Shown here piece by piece: positions 45,226-58,328 of a stretch of DNA of 64,000 bases. This DNA comes from Podospora anserina (lineage: Eukaryota): contig CM030336.1 of assembly GCA_017654855.1 (NCBI GenBank), positions 1,550,001 through 1,614,000 on the forward strand, given 5' to 3'. Position 1 is the first letter of the stretch. Each line of letters begins with the position of its first letter. The notes beneath the pieces are model-generated. The model saw only the letters and a program-made list of their open reading frames with translations, was not told the DNA's origin and searched no databases. Position numbers and translations under genes: made by a program.

Positions 45226-47142
45226 TCATGGCCTATATGGAGGAGGAGCCTCGTCTGGCTCTTCCTTGTACACAGGTGGTGTCGCCACTCTGTTTGAAGT
45301 CGGAGCCGCCGCTGGCGGTGAGGCCGTAGTAGCAACTGGCCGTGAAGCCGTAGCAGCAGCTGGCCGTGAAACTCGGCCACCAGCTGTCCCATTCTCAGAT
45401 CGTATAAGCTCCCGATCCAGCTCCGCGAGCTTCGCTCTCCGTTTATGCCGCACATAAAACGCGCACCCCACCGTGATCACCACCAGACAGCCCGCCACGA
45501 TCCCAAGGGCGGGCCCAGTCATCTCCCTCCTACCACTGTCCGAGGAGCTGCCCGACACTCCTGTGGGGCCAGTTGGACCTCCTGAACCTGTCGACCCAGA
45601 TCCTCGGTCATCGTCATCGCGATTCCAGTAGCTGGCCCAATACTGAATCCACTCCGCGTCCCTGTCGTGCTTCCCGGCATGCTCCTGAAATTCAGGGCGG
45701 AAACTTATTAACCTCTCCTTGGGGTCAAATACGTCGGGACCAATCGTCTGCGCCATGTAAAACAAATTGTCGTCGTAGTTGACGCCGAGAAAGGCAGACT
45801 GAAGAAAGGCGCGGCCTAGCTTATAGTAGCCCTCCCTAGCTTCTGCTGACTTGCAGGGGAAGTACCGAAGTTTCGCGTCATTGCCATTGATCCGGGTGTC
45901 CATTTCGATGTCGAGAAGCCACAGGGGTACCTGGATCGTGAGCGATTTGACCTTGACAGATCCGGGACTGAACGCGTTCTGCAAGGTAAACCCCATATAT
46001 GCCGGAGCCTTCATGAGGCGTTTATACCCGGGGTCGGACGTGTCCCACAGCCAAAGCTTGAGCCTGTCATCCCAGTGAATCGGAAGATCCTTCGCCGCGT
46101 TGTCACAGGTGTTCGGGGGCAGGTACATGTGGGGTATCGTCGGGTCCGGCATAACCAGCGCAGCGCCAGGTATGTGTCCTTCGACTTCAAAAAATTGCCT
46201 CCTCTCGGGTGCTGCCGGTCGGGGAAGTTGCAAGAGACTCAAATTGGTCATTCGACTGGACTCGGATATCTCGCCCATGATGGTCCGGTTGGGGCTCTCG
46301 CGGGTGGCCCAGTCAAAGGCAAACCCGTCTCGAGATTTCTCAAAGGAGCCCAATGTTACGTCACTCAGGTACAATCGCGGAAGATAGCCCTGGTGGACGA
46401 ACTCGGGCTGGTCCATGGTGTCGAACATGAGAAAGTCCCCCTTTATCCGGTTACTGTCATATCCTCCCAGGAACATCTTGCCGGGCAACTTCCAGTCCGG
46501 TCGTCCCACGTATAATCCAAAGGAGTTGCTGCGGATTCGGCCGGCGTCTTTGACCTGCTGGATAATGCTGCGCGAATCAGGTTCTCCATCTCCAGGGGGC
46601 GCAAGAGCAAGCATATCTCCGTGTGTAAACTCGATGGCAATCTCGGCTTCTAGGTACAGCCTGGAGTGGTTGAGGGCAATAAGAGGGGTTTTGACGTGGA
46701 GGAATTCTGTAAGGTTGCCGTTGCCATATGGCATAGATAGGTCCCAGTCCGGCAGCCTGGCACCCGCTTGGATGGAAGGATCCCAACTTGAGGCAAAGTA
46801 ACCTGTTACCCAGCGAGCCTCTCGGGCAAACTCTTCCATCTTCTGGTAGTCAACGACTCTAGTCCACCAGATTGTTGAGATGTTGGTCCACGGTGAGGGA
46901 TACATTGGCAAGATAATCTGGTCTTTTGTAATGTTGGACAAATCGTAAGTCCCCAACAGGGTCGAGAGCTGCTCCCATGGTCCGTTAGTGTTTTCGAGAA
47001 AATGTGCGGTCAGTTCTTTTCGTGGAGCAGTCCATTGAAGCTTTTCGACGAGGATCTCGGTGGTGTCCTGGCAGCATCCTGATTGCACCAGGGCAAGTAG
47101 GGCTACAGGCAGCTGGATTGCCCGCAGGTTGCAGAAAAGCAT
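45226..47142 (-). CDS. Type-I membrane protein with aspartic peptidase (A1) fold, catalytic motifs degenerate
   Basis: Signal peptide; SNSFGLYVG, GKMFLGGYDSNR, DPTIPHMYLP, LGRAFLQSAFLGVNYD; G/S/T linker; single TM GIVAGCLVVITVGCAFYV; basic stop-transfer sequence and PPPY tail. Confidence 0.8.
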   Translation of the reverse strand: MLFCNLRAIQLPVALLALVQSGCCQDTTEILVEKLQWTAPRKELTAHFLENTNGPWEQLSTLLGTYDLSNITKDQIILPMYPSPWTNISTIWWTRVVDYQKMEEFAREARWVTGYFASSWDPSIQAGARLPDWDLSMPYGNGNLTEFLHVKTPLIALNHSRLYLEAEIAIEFTHGDMLALAPPGDGEPDSRSIIQQVKDAGRIRSNSFGLYVGRPDWKLPGKMFLGGYDSNRIKGDFLMFDTMDQPEFVHQGYLPRLYLSDVTLGSFEKSRDGFAFDWATRESPNRTIMGEISESSRMTNLSLLQLPRPAAPERRQFFEVEGHIPGAALVMPDPTIPHMYLPPNTCDNAAKDLPIHWDDRLKLWLWDTSDPGYKRLMKAPAYMGFTLQNAFSPGSVKVKSLTIQVPLWLLDIEMDTRINGNDAKLRYFPCKSAEAREGYYKLGRAFLQSAFLGVNYDDNLFYMAQTIGPDVFDPKERLISFRPEFQEHAGKHDRDAEWIQYWASYWNRDDDDRGSGSTGSGGPTGPTGVSGSSSDSGRREMTGPALGIVAGCLVVITVGCAFYVRHKRRAKLAELDRELIRSENGTAGGRVSRPAAATASRPVATTASPPAAAPTSNRVATPPVYKEEPDEAPPPYRP

Positions 47143-47914
47143 CTTGTAATGCGGCGCCAACAGAGGCCTAATGTCAGAAAGATTTGGTGTGCAGGACAGA
47201 CATTCGTTCAGCAGTGACAGGTGAGGGAATCAACAGCTTTTGATATCATCTTCTACTTTCTGCCTCACGTTCTGGTGACAGACTGCGCCTCAACACTGCA
47301 CAGCGCTATCGTATGACTTGCCAATCAGCAGGTGACCCAAGCCTCGCAGCAGGTCCGCAGCAGCTTGGCATGGCAGCCCAACCAAGAAAACACCACCATC
47401 GTCAATGCCGAAATCCGTTTCTCCCAGCATGGTGTTTACACAAGTTCCATGCAACCACCCGCCTGACCCCTGAAGATTACGAGCTACCACAAACGGCAAC
47501 TACATGTCGACTACAAAGACATAACATTTTACGGACAACTACATATAGGTAATTGGAGGATATCGAAACAAGATAAAAAGTTCACATCCTCAAAAAAAAG
47601 AGGTACATGATGGTCGTGATAATCTTTCCACAACACCACAACACCATCAAGGGGGTATATCCATCCAAATTGAGAAAAATCCGCAAGCCATCCAAACCAC
47701 CACCCGCCGTATACGTATCCCGTCCTCCTCCGTCTCCAAAGTGTGTTCAGGGGAAAATATGTTTAACGAAGTGAAGAGAAAAGGGCAGGAAGGAGAAAAG
47801 ACAAAGAAAACCGACAAAAGAAAACCATCATCCCCCCTCCCCTCCTCAAACCATGTTTCCCCCTCAAGCCCATCAAGCATAAGGTAGATCAGGGTACCAT
47901 GATGCACCCCTTCA

Positions 47915-49352
47915 TCACCAAGTCTCCTTCGGCTTCGCCGGCGCCGCCGCCTCACTATGCTGCACACTCCTCGCATCCTCACTCACATCAAACTCGGTCA
48001 ACACCACAATCCCCTTGTGGTCCGTCTCCTTGGTATGCATACTCCTCGCGCCCCCCGAAACATCAGTCTTCATGTTCTGCATCTTGATCTCATTCACGAT
48101 CCTCTCCTCGCTCTCGGTAAAGGTGACATTGGTCAAAATATTCGAGTTGTTTCCGTTGCCCCTCCTGAACTGGGAGTGCGAATTGGAGCCGCCGCCGCCG
48201 CCGCCGCCGATGGAGCGGAAGCCCTCCGGGGTCTTGTACTTGTTGTCGGTGGTGCGCTGCGAGGTAGAGCCGAAGAGGGGTCTGAGCCAGGATTTGAAGA
48301 GGGGGAAGACCATGGGGAGGTTGGTGGTTACGACGGCGACGAAGGCTTCGCGGGTACCCCATGCGCCGGCGAGCTCGGCGCCGTTGACGTCGTCCTGGGG
48401 GCGGGTTAGTGGTGGGGACTACACATGACATATTGGGGGACTCACAGTGATGACAAAGATGGTCTTCAAAGTGGCGCAAACGAGGACAAAGATGCCGGCG
48501 CTCAGAACGAGGGTGGAACCGATCTTCTCGACGAGACGCAGGCGGGAACCCCAGAGAAGAGGAAGGGGAATGACAATAAGGTAGATGTCGGATGTGACGT
48601 TCGCGGCGAAGGAAGCCCAGACGATGGGACCGGCGATGGCGGGCTGGCAACTGTTGCCTGGGTTGGGGTTGATCTGCCAGTATTTGTGGAAGGGCATGCA
48701 GCCGACGAAGACGGCCAGGACGGAGGCGAGCCAGCCGGCGATGATGATCACGAACCCAGCGTGGACTCGCATGCGGTAACGACGACCGAGGCCGTTCTAG
48801 ACAGAGTCAGCAATCGTCGTTCGTACCCAGGCGAGCAACCTGGGTGAAGAAGGGAGGCATACCGTCAACCGCAGGTAGAAGAACAACATGGCCAGCTTGA
48901 GGACCAGCATCAGGGTCGAGTAGGAGGTCCATCCCATCACCTGGATCTTGGAACCGATGACTCTCCTGTCCCATTCTGGGTCACTGGGAAGCAGCGACAT
49001 CCGCTGCTCATCCGTCATGCCGTTGTTTGCCAGGCCTTGGGCAAGGTTGCCGATTTGGTAGCCCAGACATGCTTGGAGGGTGTAGAGAAGCTGGTGTTGG
49101 GCAGCGATGATCAGTATCGAGACGTAGCTGATGTTGGGTTCATGTTGGGAGGTGACCTACAACTGCCACCCACACGAGGTAGTCGTCTGTTTCAAAGTTG
49201 GAGAAGCCAACCTGGTCAAAGCGAGAGTACGTACGCAGAGCCGTGGTGCATACGCCTATCGCATACAGCGTCCAGAGAGTGATGTTGAATGTCCGCGCAG
49301 CGGCCACCGCCGCCGCGATGGCCTCGGGAGATGGTGGGCCTGCGTCTGCCAT
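47915..49352 (-). CDS. PTH11-like (fungal rhodopsin-domain) GPCR-like membrane protein, multi-exon
   Basis: LRTYSR..DDYL, GLANNGMT, GSKIQVMGW, LKLAMLFFYLRL, CMPFHKYWQINP, NVTSDIYLIVIPLPLLW, WGTREAFVAVVTTNLPM across several GT-AG introns. Confidence 0.88.
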
Positions 49353-50810
49353 CGGGTCTCGATATCAGGGGCCGGCGATTCAGCTATCTGTGGAATCTGG
49401 GGAATCGCAAAAGCCCGGATGTTGAGACCCGAAGGTAAAAAACGAAAAAGGCGAAAAGACAAGAAGATCACAGTTCAGGAAGACATGGGACCCATCACGG
49501 ATTTGTACATCGGGGGAAACATTGACTAGCTATCTGCACATGGAAGGGATCAACAAGGTCACCCTTTCGGCAGCTGAGGAACCCATCGGAGACGAGGCTT
49601 TGTGCCACGACAAAAGGTGTAGGGGGTCTAAGGGGTGACGTGCATGACTCTTGTTTGCTTTTTTACTTGGTGAAAAGATATGTTTTTCATGCACATTGGC
49701 AGACGGAACTTTCCTGGAACACCCTCGGGTCAGTCTGGCCGATAAGCACCCCTCTGGGATGCAATCTCGCAACTCTCTTGGGACCAATGGCGGCAGTTGG
49801 GTCGGTCAGAACTTGTCGTCGGCAAAGCTGGAATTGTTTAGCTGCATGGGTTAGCAGTCTTGGAAGACCCAAGCCCCCACGCCGATGTCCACTGTTGCAT
49901 TTTCAGGGGCGACTTACGAAGTGTTGAGTTCCATCACTAGTGAAGCTGAAGTGTCAGGTTGCTCCGAGAGTTCAGGCGGCATTTACAGTATGTACATACC
50001 CTTACCCTTGCCTCTCCACCTAACAACTTCAGCGAGGCACTTGGGAATATCTCGACTTGACCGGCTCTCACTATCCGTGCGATAGCCGTTGAGGGATGTC
50101 AAAGTCAGCATCGGTCGATGGAATCCAACCGTTATCGATTGCCCCGCACTCATTACCGGATTATCCACGAGAAACACCGTGGTCGGCGTTCTGTTGTACG
50201 ACGAGGTGGAGGAGGAGGTGGAGCTTCTATGCGGACGGCATGGACTAGAATGGGACACTAGACCGACCCTCGGAACAACCCCCGGCTCGGCTAGTGGATG
50301 GGGTTGGTGTTTAGTAATTTGGACCAGACCCCAGACTCCACCGCTCTTCAAATGAAATCAAAGACCAGTCTCCCTCTTACAGCACCCCCGTCCGGCCGCC
50401 TATTCCCGTCCCAGCAGAACTAACGCCAGCTAACAGAAACACTCGGGTTTTTGCCAAACATTTGGCAATGGCTTGGTGGGAAACTGGGAATGGGGTGCCT
50501 GTCGCCAAGATGATGCGACTTTGACAATAGTCCTTCTGCCGGCAGAGATGGAAGGGGTAAGGCCTCGCGGCCGAGAAGGAGTGGCGCGCATCAATGCAAC
50601 AGGCTATTTGGTTCCGGGGGCTTGGGTCCAATAAACAAACAGCGATTGGACCCGACGGCTTGGACCGCCCGCCCACACATATAACACCGCGGCACCGCAC
50701 GTTCTCGTGGAGGCTTTTTCGGCGTTGCTTTTTGCAGGGCAACACTCTCGGTTCTCCTCTCTCCAGTCCCGTCCAGTCCTCGGCCACCCCATCCGTCGCA
50801 TCAAATCACA

Positions 50811-52429
50811 ATGCGCTGGCTCAAGAGCACTCTTGTCGCCGCGGCCTCGTGGTCCGTGGCTTCTGCCCAGCTCCCGGAGCAGGAGGACCCAGACTTCGCG
50901 CCTACTCCCATCGAGTACGCCGTCGACACCTTGTCCCGCGCTCCGGGATGCAACATTGCTGACTTTTGGCGTCTTGCCCGTCAACTGTCCCCCGGAACCG
51001 AGATTCGTTATCCCAACACCACCGAATTTGACGCCGCCACCGAGAGATGGTCCAACGTGGGCGGGGGTGTTCCCTACGTTGACATTAGCGTCGCCCCCGA
51101 GACTGAGCAGGATGTGATGAAGCTTGTAGGTCTTCCTTGCCGCAAGCAATATTCTCCCACAAATGCTAACTTGATCGCCAGGTGCGCATTGCCAACAACT
51201 GCAATGTTCCCTTCTTGGCCTACAACGGCCGCCATGGTGCCATCACCACCTTGGGCCAGATGAACTGGGGTATTTCCATCGACCTGAAGAAGTTGTCAGG
51301 TGTCAGCATCTCGGGTAATGGGCAGACTGCTACTGTCCTCGGTGGCACCAACTCCAAGGTCCTCATCGACCACCTTTGGGCTGCCGGCAAGCAGGCCGTG
51401 ACCGGTACCTGCGAGTGCGTCAGCTACATGGGTCCCGCTCTCGGCGGCGGCCACGGATGGCTGCAAGGCCACCACGGCCTCATTGCTGATCAGTTTGTCT
51501 CGGCCAAGATCGTCACTGCCGATGGCCAGCTCCGCACCATCAACTCCAACTCTGACCTGTGGTGGGCCCTCAAGGGCGCTGGCCACAACTTTGGTATCGT
51601 CACTTCTGTCACCATCAAGATCTTCCCCATTGTCCACACCAACTGGGCCATCACCACCTTGATGTACACTGGTGACAAGGTCGAGGCTCTCTACCAGGCC
51701 GCCAACGACTACCTCCTCCAGAACGGCACCCAGCCTGTTGACATCATCAACTGGTCGTACTGGATGAACATTCCCCCCATTGACCCCACCGGCCCCGTTG
51801 TTGAGTTTTACATCATCCAGGAGGGTGTCACTGCTGTCGACACTGCCTACACCGCCCCCTTCATTGCTCTCGGTCCCATCTCTGTCACCAACAACACTGG
51901 TACCTACAAGGATGTCTCCAGCTGGGTCGGCATCTCCCTCGATGGACCCCCGTGCCAGAAGACCGGTGCTGCCAACCCCCGCTTCCCTCTGTACCTCCCC
52001 GAGTACAACCCCTCCGCCATGGCCGAGGTCTACGAGGCCTTCAAGGAGGGCACCAACTCCTCGTCCCCCTTCGCCAACTCCCTCTTCATGTTCGAGGGTT
52101 ACTCCATGCAGGGTGTCAAGGCTGTCGATGCCGCCTCCACCGCCTATGCTTTCCGCGAGGACAACCTCCTCACTGCTCCTCTTGTGCAGTACACTCCTGG
52201 CAATGCCGCTCTTGATGCCCAGGCCCAGGCCTTTGGCAACCAGCTTCGCAACATCCTGCACGCTGGCAGCGGCCGCAGCCAGAAGCACATTTACCTCAAC
52301 TATGCCTATGGTGATGAGACCAAGGAGGAGATGTACGGCCACGAGAGCTGGAGAAGCGCCAAGCTTTTGCAGTTGAAGGACAAGTACGACTCTAGACGTC
52401 GTTTCAACTTCTACGGTCCTGCTGCTTAG
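50811..52429 (+). CDS. Secreted FAD-linked oxidoreductase (FAD_binding_4 / BBE-like)
   Basis: Signal peptide; intron 51126-51181; NGRHG flavinylation-type motif, GPALGGGHGWLQG, DLWWALKGAGHNFGIVTS, YLNYA, LKDKYD. Confidence 0.93.
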
Positions 52430-53517
52430 GATGCTGCAGAGGGATAACAGAGGAGGATAACCTAATGAAGTAATATATATCATCAATTTTGTGTTTAGTA
52501 TATAGTAATGTCATGTAACGACCGTCCTCGTTAGCGTTCCATTTGATCAGAATAACGGCCGTCAATTCCATTTCGATTCATCATTCAACCTGTGGTCGTT
52601 CGCTCAATGAACAGTTTATGTTTGCTTTTCATCGTGCTGTGATTCAATTTCTTCAATCCACCCACTCATCCCGCCTTCGTCTTCAAGAATCCCCATCCGC
52701 AATCGATCGATCAGCATCAAGTCAAGCTTTTTCTCGTCGCCATTTCGCTCCCCACATGCCACGATCTCATCTCCAAAAGCAGGTAGCCACTTCCCACATG
52801 GCACACACATGGCACCACACATGGCAGTTCCATCTTATCTCGCTGATGGATCTCGACCAGGTCCCCGAGTGGATCGGACCAAACTCCGTACCCAGCGAGG
52901 AAAAGAAATCACCCAGTCCCACCTGCATGTGGGCTTTAGCTTCACCCCCATTCACTAGCGAGAGGTCCCCTGTTAGTCTTAGAATGTGGAAAAACCTAAA
53001 AGAGACGAATGCGGTGGAAGATCCAGGGTCTTGCCGATAAAAGTAAAGCAGACGCTGATCTCTTCTAGCTCACGCCATTTTCGATTGCCCGGTGGAAAAT
53101 AGAAGCTGCCTTCCCTGCGTGCAATTACGGATGTAGCGAGGATTGCGTGGTCACGATGGCGTGTATGGCGGAATGTCACGGGGCAAAGGGGGATCAAATT
53201 GGGTTAGGGTTGAGAGATGGCCCTGAAATCTTAAACTGACCTTGTGTGGCGGGAGGGGCGGCATGTGGGCGGTCAAACAATCCGGCGGGAGTCACCGATA
53301 TGCAATAGGTCTTGGGGATGGTGCTGAAGATATCTGGATAAAAACGTAAAATTATTAGCAATGTCTTACGGACTGATAAGTTGCACAACCTCGCTGTGTC
53401 TCCCGCAGTGACATGGTCCTCATCGCTTCCCCACTTCCTTGGCACGGAAACACCACTCGCATTGCGTCTTGCCAATTAAGAAGCTAGCTTGCGACCATTC
53501 TTTTAACAACTTCTAAG

Positions 53518-53601
53518 GGGCAATTGGTCTAGGGGTATGATTTTCGCTTCGCATTCAATTGCCAATGTGAAAGGTCATGGGTTCAATTCCCATATTGTCC
53601 A
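53518..53601 (+). tRNA. tRNA-Ala(CGC) with 12-nt intron
   Basis: Acceptor GGGCAAT/ATTGTCC with G3:U70, A-box TGGTCTAGGGG, anticodon stem TTCGC/GTGAA with TT-CGC-A, T-arm ATGGG-TTCAATT-CCCAT, downstream TTTTT. Confidence 0.88.
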
Positions 53602-54207
53602 TTGTTTTTGACACTTTTTAACCCACTCTCCTCCCCACTTTCCGTCTCTAACTGTGACTGTTGCGCCCCCCGGAAAGCTTCTCACCTCCTCCTTTCCACA
53701 AAGTGGAAATTCCCTTGATGATGTGAGTGGAGAGCGAGGGATGGGTTCTTTTTGTCAGCTTTCATTTGTTGGCATGTGATTACGGGCTCTCTCTCTCTCT
53801 GTCTCTCTCTCGACACAGGCAGACATCTATCTCTGTCAACGCCTGAGTTGGAGCCTCCTACTTGGGAAGACAAATATAATACTGGGACGTCTTTTCTTTT
53901 TGCTCCGAATTTTCCTTTTTATCCTAGTTTCTTCCCCGGGAGTAAGTGAATATTGTTGTATGCAGGTTTGTTATATGTGAACTCGCTGTCGATGTATTGA
54001 GACAGGATCAGAGACGGAGAGTTGGGATGGACAATTGGATGTGTTGATAGTCTGTCTTGAAAGGCCTTTTCAGACCATATTGACGATTGAGCCGTCGTCT
54101 AAGTATTACCACTCACTGGCTGTGTTAAAGGAACCCGTGGTGCTGTGGTAATGAACTCGATAATCTTTCATGAGACGATACTGTTCTGACGCTTAGCTAT
54201 CTAGGCC

Positions 54208-57200
54208 CTACACAAACCTGCTGCGATAACGTATATCAACAGATTCGTCACTAGAAACCGATCTCGCGGGTCTCTCTGGATTATACGTCGGCCTGCGTTC
54301 CGGACCGATAGGATACGCCGGCTGCATATGACTTGGCAGACCCAGCGGAACCGGGTCCGTCTGTCCAAACCACCTGTCCACTATCTTTCGTCCCTTTTCG
54401 CGGTCTCCCGCCACTTTACGGAATATCCAAGATCCCAAACTCCAAAACACCCACTTGAAGGTATTTCCCAGCTCACCCATCCAGTAAAGACCGAACAATA
54501 TCACAGCGAGCGTCACCGGGATGGCCGTGGCCCAATAGATCCTCTGGCTATCCTCCATGTCCCTGATATCGGCCGTGTTCATGCCAAAGATGCTGGATAT
54601 GGCGCTTAGGGGGAGAAAGATGACGGTGACAATAGTGAAGGCGTAGATGGCTTTGTCTTGTCGGAATTTTGTCGTGTCTGCGCCATATTGGCTCTGATGT
54701 TGTTGTTAGTTGAGAGTAAGTGTTCAGGAGAGTGGAACAAACTTGCCATCGCCCTCAGGTTCGCCCACCTGGCTCCCAGCTGATGGAACTCTTGCTTCAA
54801 AAGGTCAGTCTTGGAGTGGCATTCGAGAAGAAGAAGCTTTCGATATCCGCCGGGATCGGTCGGTTTGACTTTGAACAGGCTATCCTCGCTGGCCAGGTCA
54901 AATGCGAAAGGGTTGTCGTACATGTCGAACTTTGAATGCTCCCGACCATACTCCCAAGCCCGAACCTCTGTCTCTCGGTGTTGATGATCTCGATAACCAG
55001 GCTCACGGTCGCGGCTCCACAACTGGATGAACACCAGCATAGACCTGGAGTGACCGGCAGCCTGGACAATCGGTTTTTCTTTAAAAGTGGTAGTATTGTC
55101 GATCGCATGATTCGCATTCTCCAAGAGCAGAGAAAAGATGACATATTGCTGGAGGAGTGTCTGCAATATGACTTGGATTTCCTCACCGACGAGTTTGAGG
55201 TTCTCTTCATTGGCCCTGTCACTTGGTCTCTTCGATATGTCCGTCTCCTGGGGGGCAGTTAGCGTCTCTGGATAATACCCAACGGGGCACACTTTCCACC
55301 CCAACCTCTATGCTCACTTACAATTTTGTCGAGACGGTTGCGGTAGATCTGAGCAACGTCGCTGTATGTGTTCGCTTTTTCCTTGTTCGAGGGTGAATCA
55401 GGTACATTGGGGGCGCTTTGTATGAGCTTCAAGCTAATCAAGGAGAATATCTCCAGGGGCAGGATGACGGAATTCTCAACGAGAGACTTGGGGGAGAGTG
55501 AGGTGATGATTATGTTGGCGCCCTCTGTTGCAGCTCGCCTCGCATCGCCAATCAGCCGCTCGGAACGGTCACTGTCTCTTGGGAAGCTGGCCAGGCCCAG
55601 AAGTAGATGGATCCAGGCGTCGATAATCTGGGTCGGCACGGTGATCTGAGCACAATCGGCGCCATGGGCGGCAGAGAGAATCTCGCTGAGCTGACTCAAG
55701 TCCAAGGCTTGCATTCTCAGCTGATGTCTCATGGTATACATGGAAGCTTGGTACCGATGTTGACCCTCGCGTTTCTCCTAGTGTCACAAAAAATGTTAGT
55801 AACAGGTCCATCGTTCTGGGATCAAAGACATTTTGTCAGGTCTTACTCCGATGATGGTCCTGACAGCCCCCCAATATCTCCTCACGGTCGGCCCATCAGA
55901 GTCTAGGGAGAGGAAGAAGGCAAAGATTGTTTCGGCAGCATTGAAGATGTCGATCCTGTCCTCAAAGTCCCGCTGGGCACGCTGGTCTTTTCGACCTTGC
56001 GACTCGACAGAACTCAGCTCCGCCGCCCGTTTCTCCAGGTAGCGACGCACAGAAGCACGCGTATCTTTAGTACACGACTTGTAGGCTTTCGCGTCACCGA
56101 AGCTCGGCATGTAGAGCAGCCAATCACGGATTTCCACAAGCTGCTCGAGTAATGCATCTTCAACGCTGTCATCGGAGTTTGGGGTCGATACGCCAGTCAT
56201 ACAAGTAAAGATAGCAAACCCGTTAGCGTTGGTGAATCTTCCGTCTGTGGTCTCGACAGTTGCAGAGGATGAGCCGCCATCTCCTGCAGTACCGGGTTTC
56301 GTTGAAGTGTCTTCATGCGCGGTACTTGTTGAGCTCTGCATATTCCCTTTCCCTTTGCTCGCAATGTCAGGGAGTAGTCTTCCGCGCTGTGGCGCCATAA
56401 GTCGTGCACTCAGCAAGTCAGTCACTCGAGACCTGAATATAGAACGGTAGATCCAGGTCCCTAATACGTACCCCAAGTAGAGTTCCAGCTTAACATGATT
56501 TTTGACATGTCGAGCGCGGTCCCAAATTGCCGGCCAGTCTTTTGCCGTGATCTTCCGTTTGTTGTGAAGGAGCTCGAACTTCTGAGGCCAGAACTTGCTG
56601 AAACAAGATGTCAAAGCCTGTGGCATTCCCAATCATGTCAGCTAGCTGGCCCATGTTTCAGACAGACCCTTATGATACTACAAGCACTCACAAACCATGT
56701 CTGGCATTCATGTAGCGGTATCGACCACATGACACAAGTTCCAAAACAGACCATAATCTTCTTGGTTCGTGAAACCCCCGCGAGAACGTCCAATGACCCG
56801 GTTGTGTTGATGACATAGTCACCAGGGAAATATTTGTCCGGCAGGTTGATATATGTGACGATGAGCGCTGATAGCAATCCAATCCGTCAGCTTCAAATCT
56901 GTGTATGCAGATGTAACTGAGGTAACAGTCTGAAACCTACCATTGTCAAATATCAGACACCAAAGTTGTGGGACGTGAAGGCAAACCTCCTGCTGTAGAT
57001 TATTTCCAATCCCGAAAACGGCCTGTCTTAGATCTCGACTTTTGGCGACGTGGGAGAACTGGCTTTGTAGCAGGGTGGGGGCTGGGACGGCGGAGGCACT
57101 TCCGGCACCGGCTTCGAGGCCTGAGTACGGTTCAACGCTGAAATACGGAAGTGCGATCCAGTGCAAAGTTCGAGCTTGTGTGCCCTTGTACTGGCTGTCT

Positions 57201-58328
57201 GCTGGGATCTCTCCACGGAGATAGGATGGCTTCATTCGGTGTACATCTCGGCCGTCCGAGAAATGCATCGACCGAAAGTTGTCGTTCCCCTAGCTTCGAG
57301 AACATCTTTGCCGCTGCCATCTTCTCTCCAGTCGAGAGGCTCTCGATTCGAAAGACTTCTCTCTGTTTACAACAATGTCAGTAGAGTCTCTGGTACTTTC
57401 AAGGGCAGATGAATTTGCGGAAAAATGCTCAAAGTCCAACATAGGCCGTGATCCACGGGGCGTTATGTGACTTTTCTCAGGGTCAGCCAAATCGAGGTCC
57501 AACTGGTAATTCAAGATTTGTATATAGATAAAGATCAAGGGCCTTCTCACAACCACCGAAAAAGAGGATGATATTTCATATTCTTGTCATCCACAACTGA
57601 CAGTCTCGCGGCATGATGCCCTTCCCGAACTCCGTCACCGATGTACTGAGACTCGAAGACATGGGACACGGAAGGTGCCCCTATAAGGTCGTGGGACTTT
57701 TCCTGGGGTGCGACGTCTTCATCTTCATCATCTCCTGAAACGGCCCCGGGGCCCTTTGCTGACACGCCGCGGGAGATGCGAGAAGGTGTGAAGGAATACA
57801 GGGTGGATGATCCAAAGTCCTCGTCGCTATCGGAAGCACTATATCGGGACGAATGTCGGAATGGTGTCTCGTAGGCGGGCTGTCCCGGCCTGAATCCGAT
57901 GATGACGACGACCTTGATCTCGCCCGACTTTCTACGTCTAGTGATTCTTCTCTGATGCTGTGGCGCTCGGGGTTCCTGCTCCTTCTCTCTCGTCCGATAC
58001 GCGCACGTAGTTCGCTCAATGACTTGCCAGGAACCGCTACTGGGTACCCTTGAGGTGCCACATATTGATAGACAGGCGTCTGGGAGTTTGGGAGAAAATA
58101 GTGTGGAAAGGGAGGGGGGAAGGGAGGGATAGGGGCGCTTTGTGGGACCGGGATGTACTGTTGCTGTGCAGCCTGAGGTTCAACATGGGGCGGGCGAAAG
58201 GTAGAAGAGGGGTCGGGGCCACGAGATGCCGATAAGTCATTGGGGCTGAAGGACGGCAGGCGCACCGGCACTGTCCCTCTTCTGCGTGGTGGCTTGGGAG
58301 TGAAAATATCGGGATTTGGAGCCGACAT
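54208..58328 (-). CDS. Large multi-exon protein with C-terminal CorA/ZntB-like two-TM (GMN) domain
   Basis: QDKAIYAFTIVTVIFLPLSAISSIFGMN..YWATAIPVT; internal WIALPYFS, LHVPQLWCLI, RYWGAV blocks; several introns including a GC-AG intron; N-terminal exon structure uncertain (frame change near 57860). Confidence 0.7.

Noticed and set aside
47915-52429. PTH11-like + FAD oxidoreductase as a secondary-metabolite cluster
   Set aside because: Divergent pair only; no PKS, NRPS or terpene backbone gene in the window.
51296-52486. 396-aa minus-strand ORF
   Set aside because: Antisense shadow of the codon-biased FAD oxidoreductase.
52794-53812. CACATGGCA x3 and (CT)n tracts
   Set aside because: Ordinary short simple repeats with no further structure.
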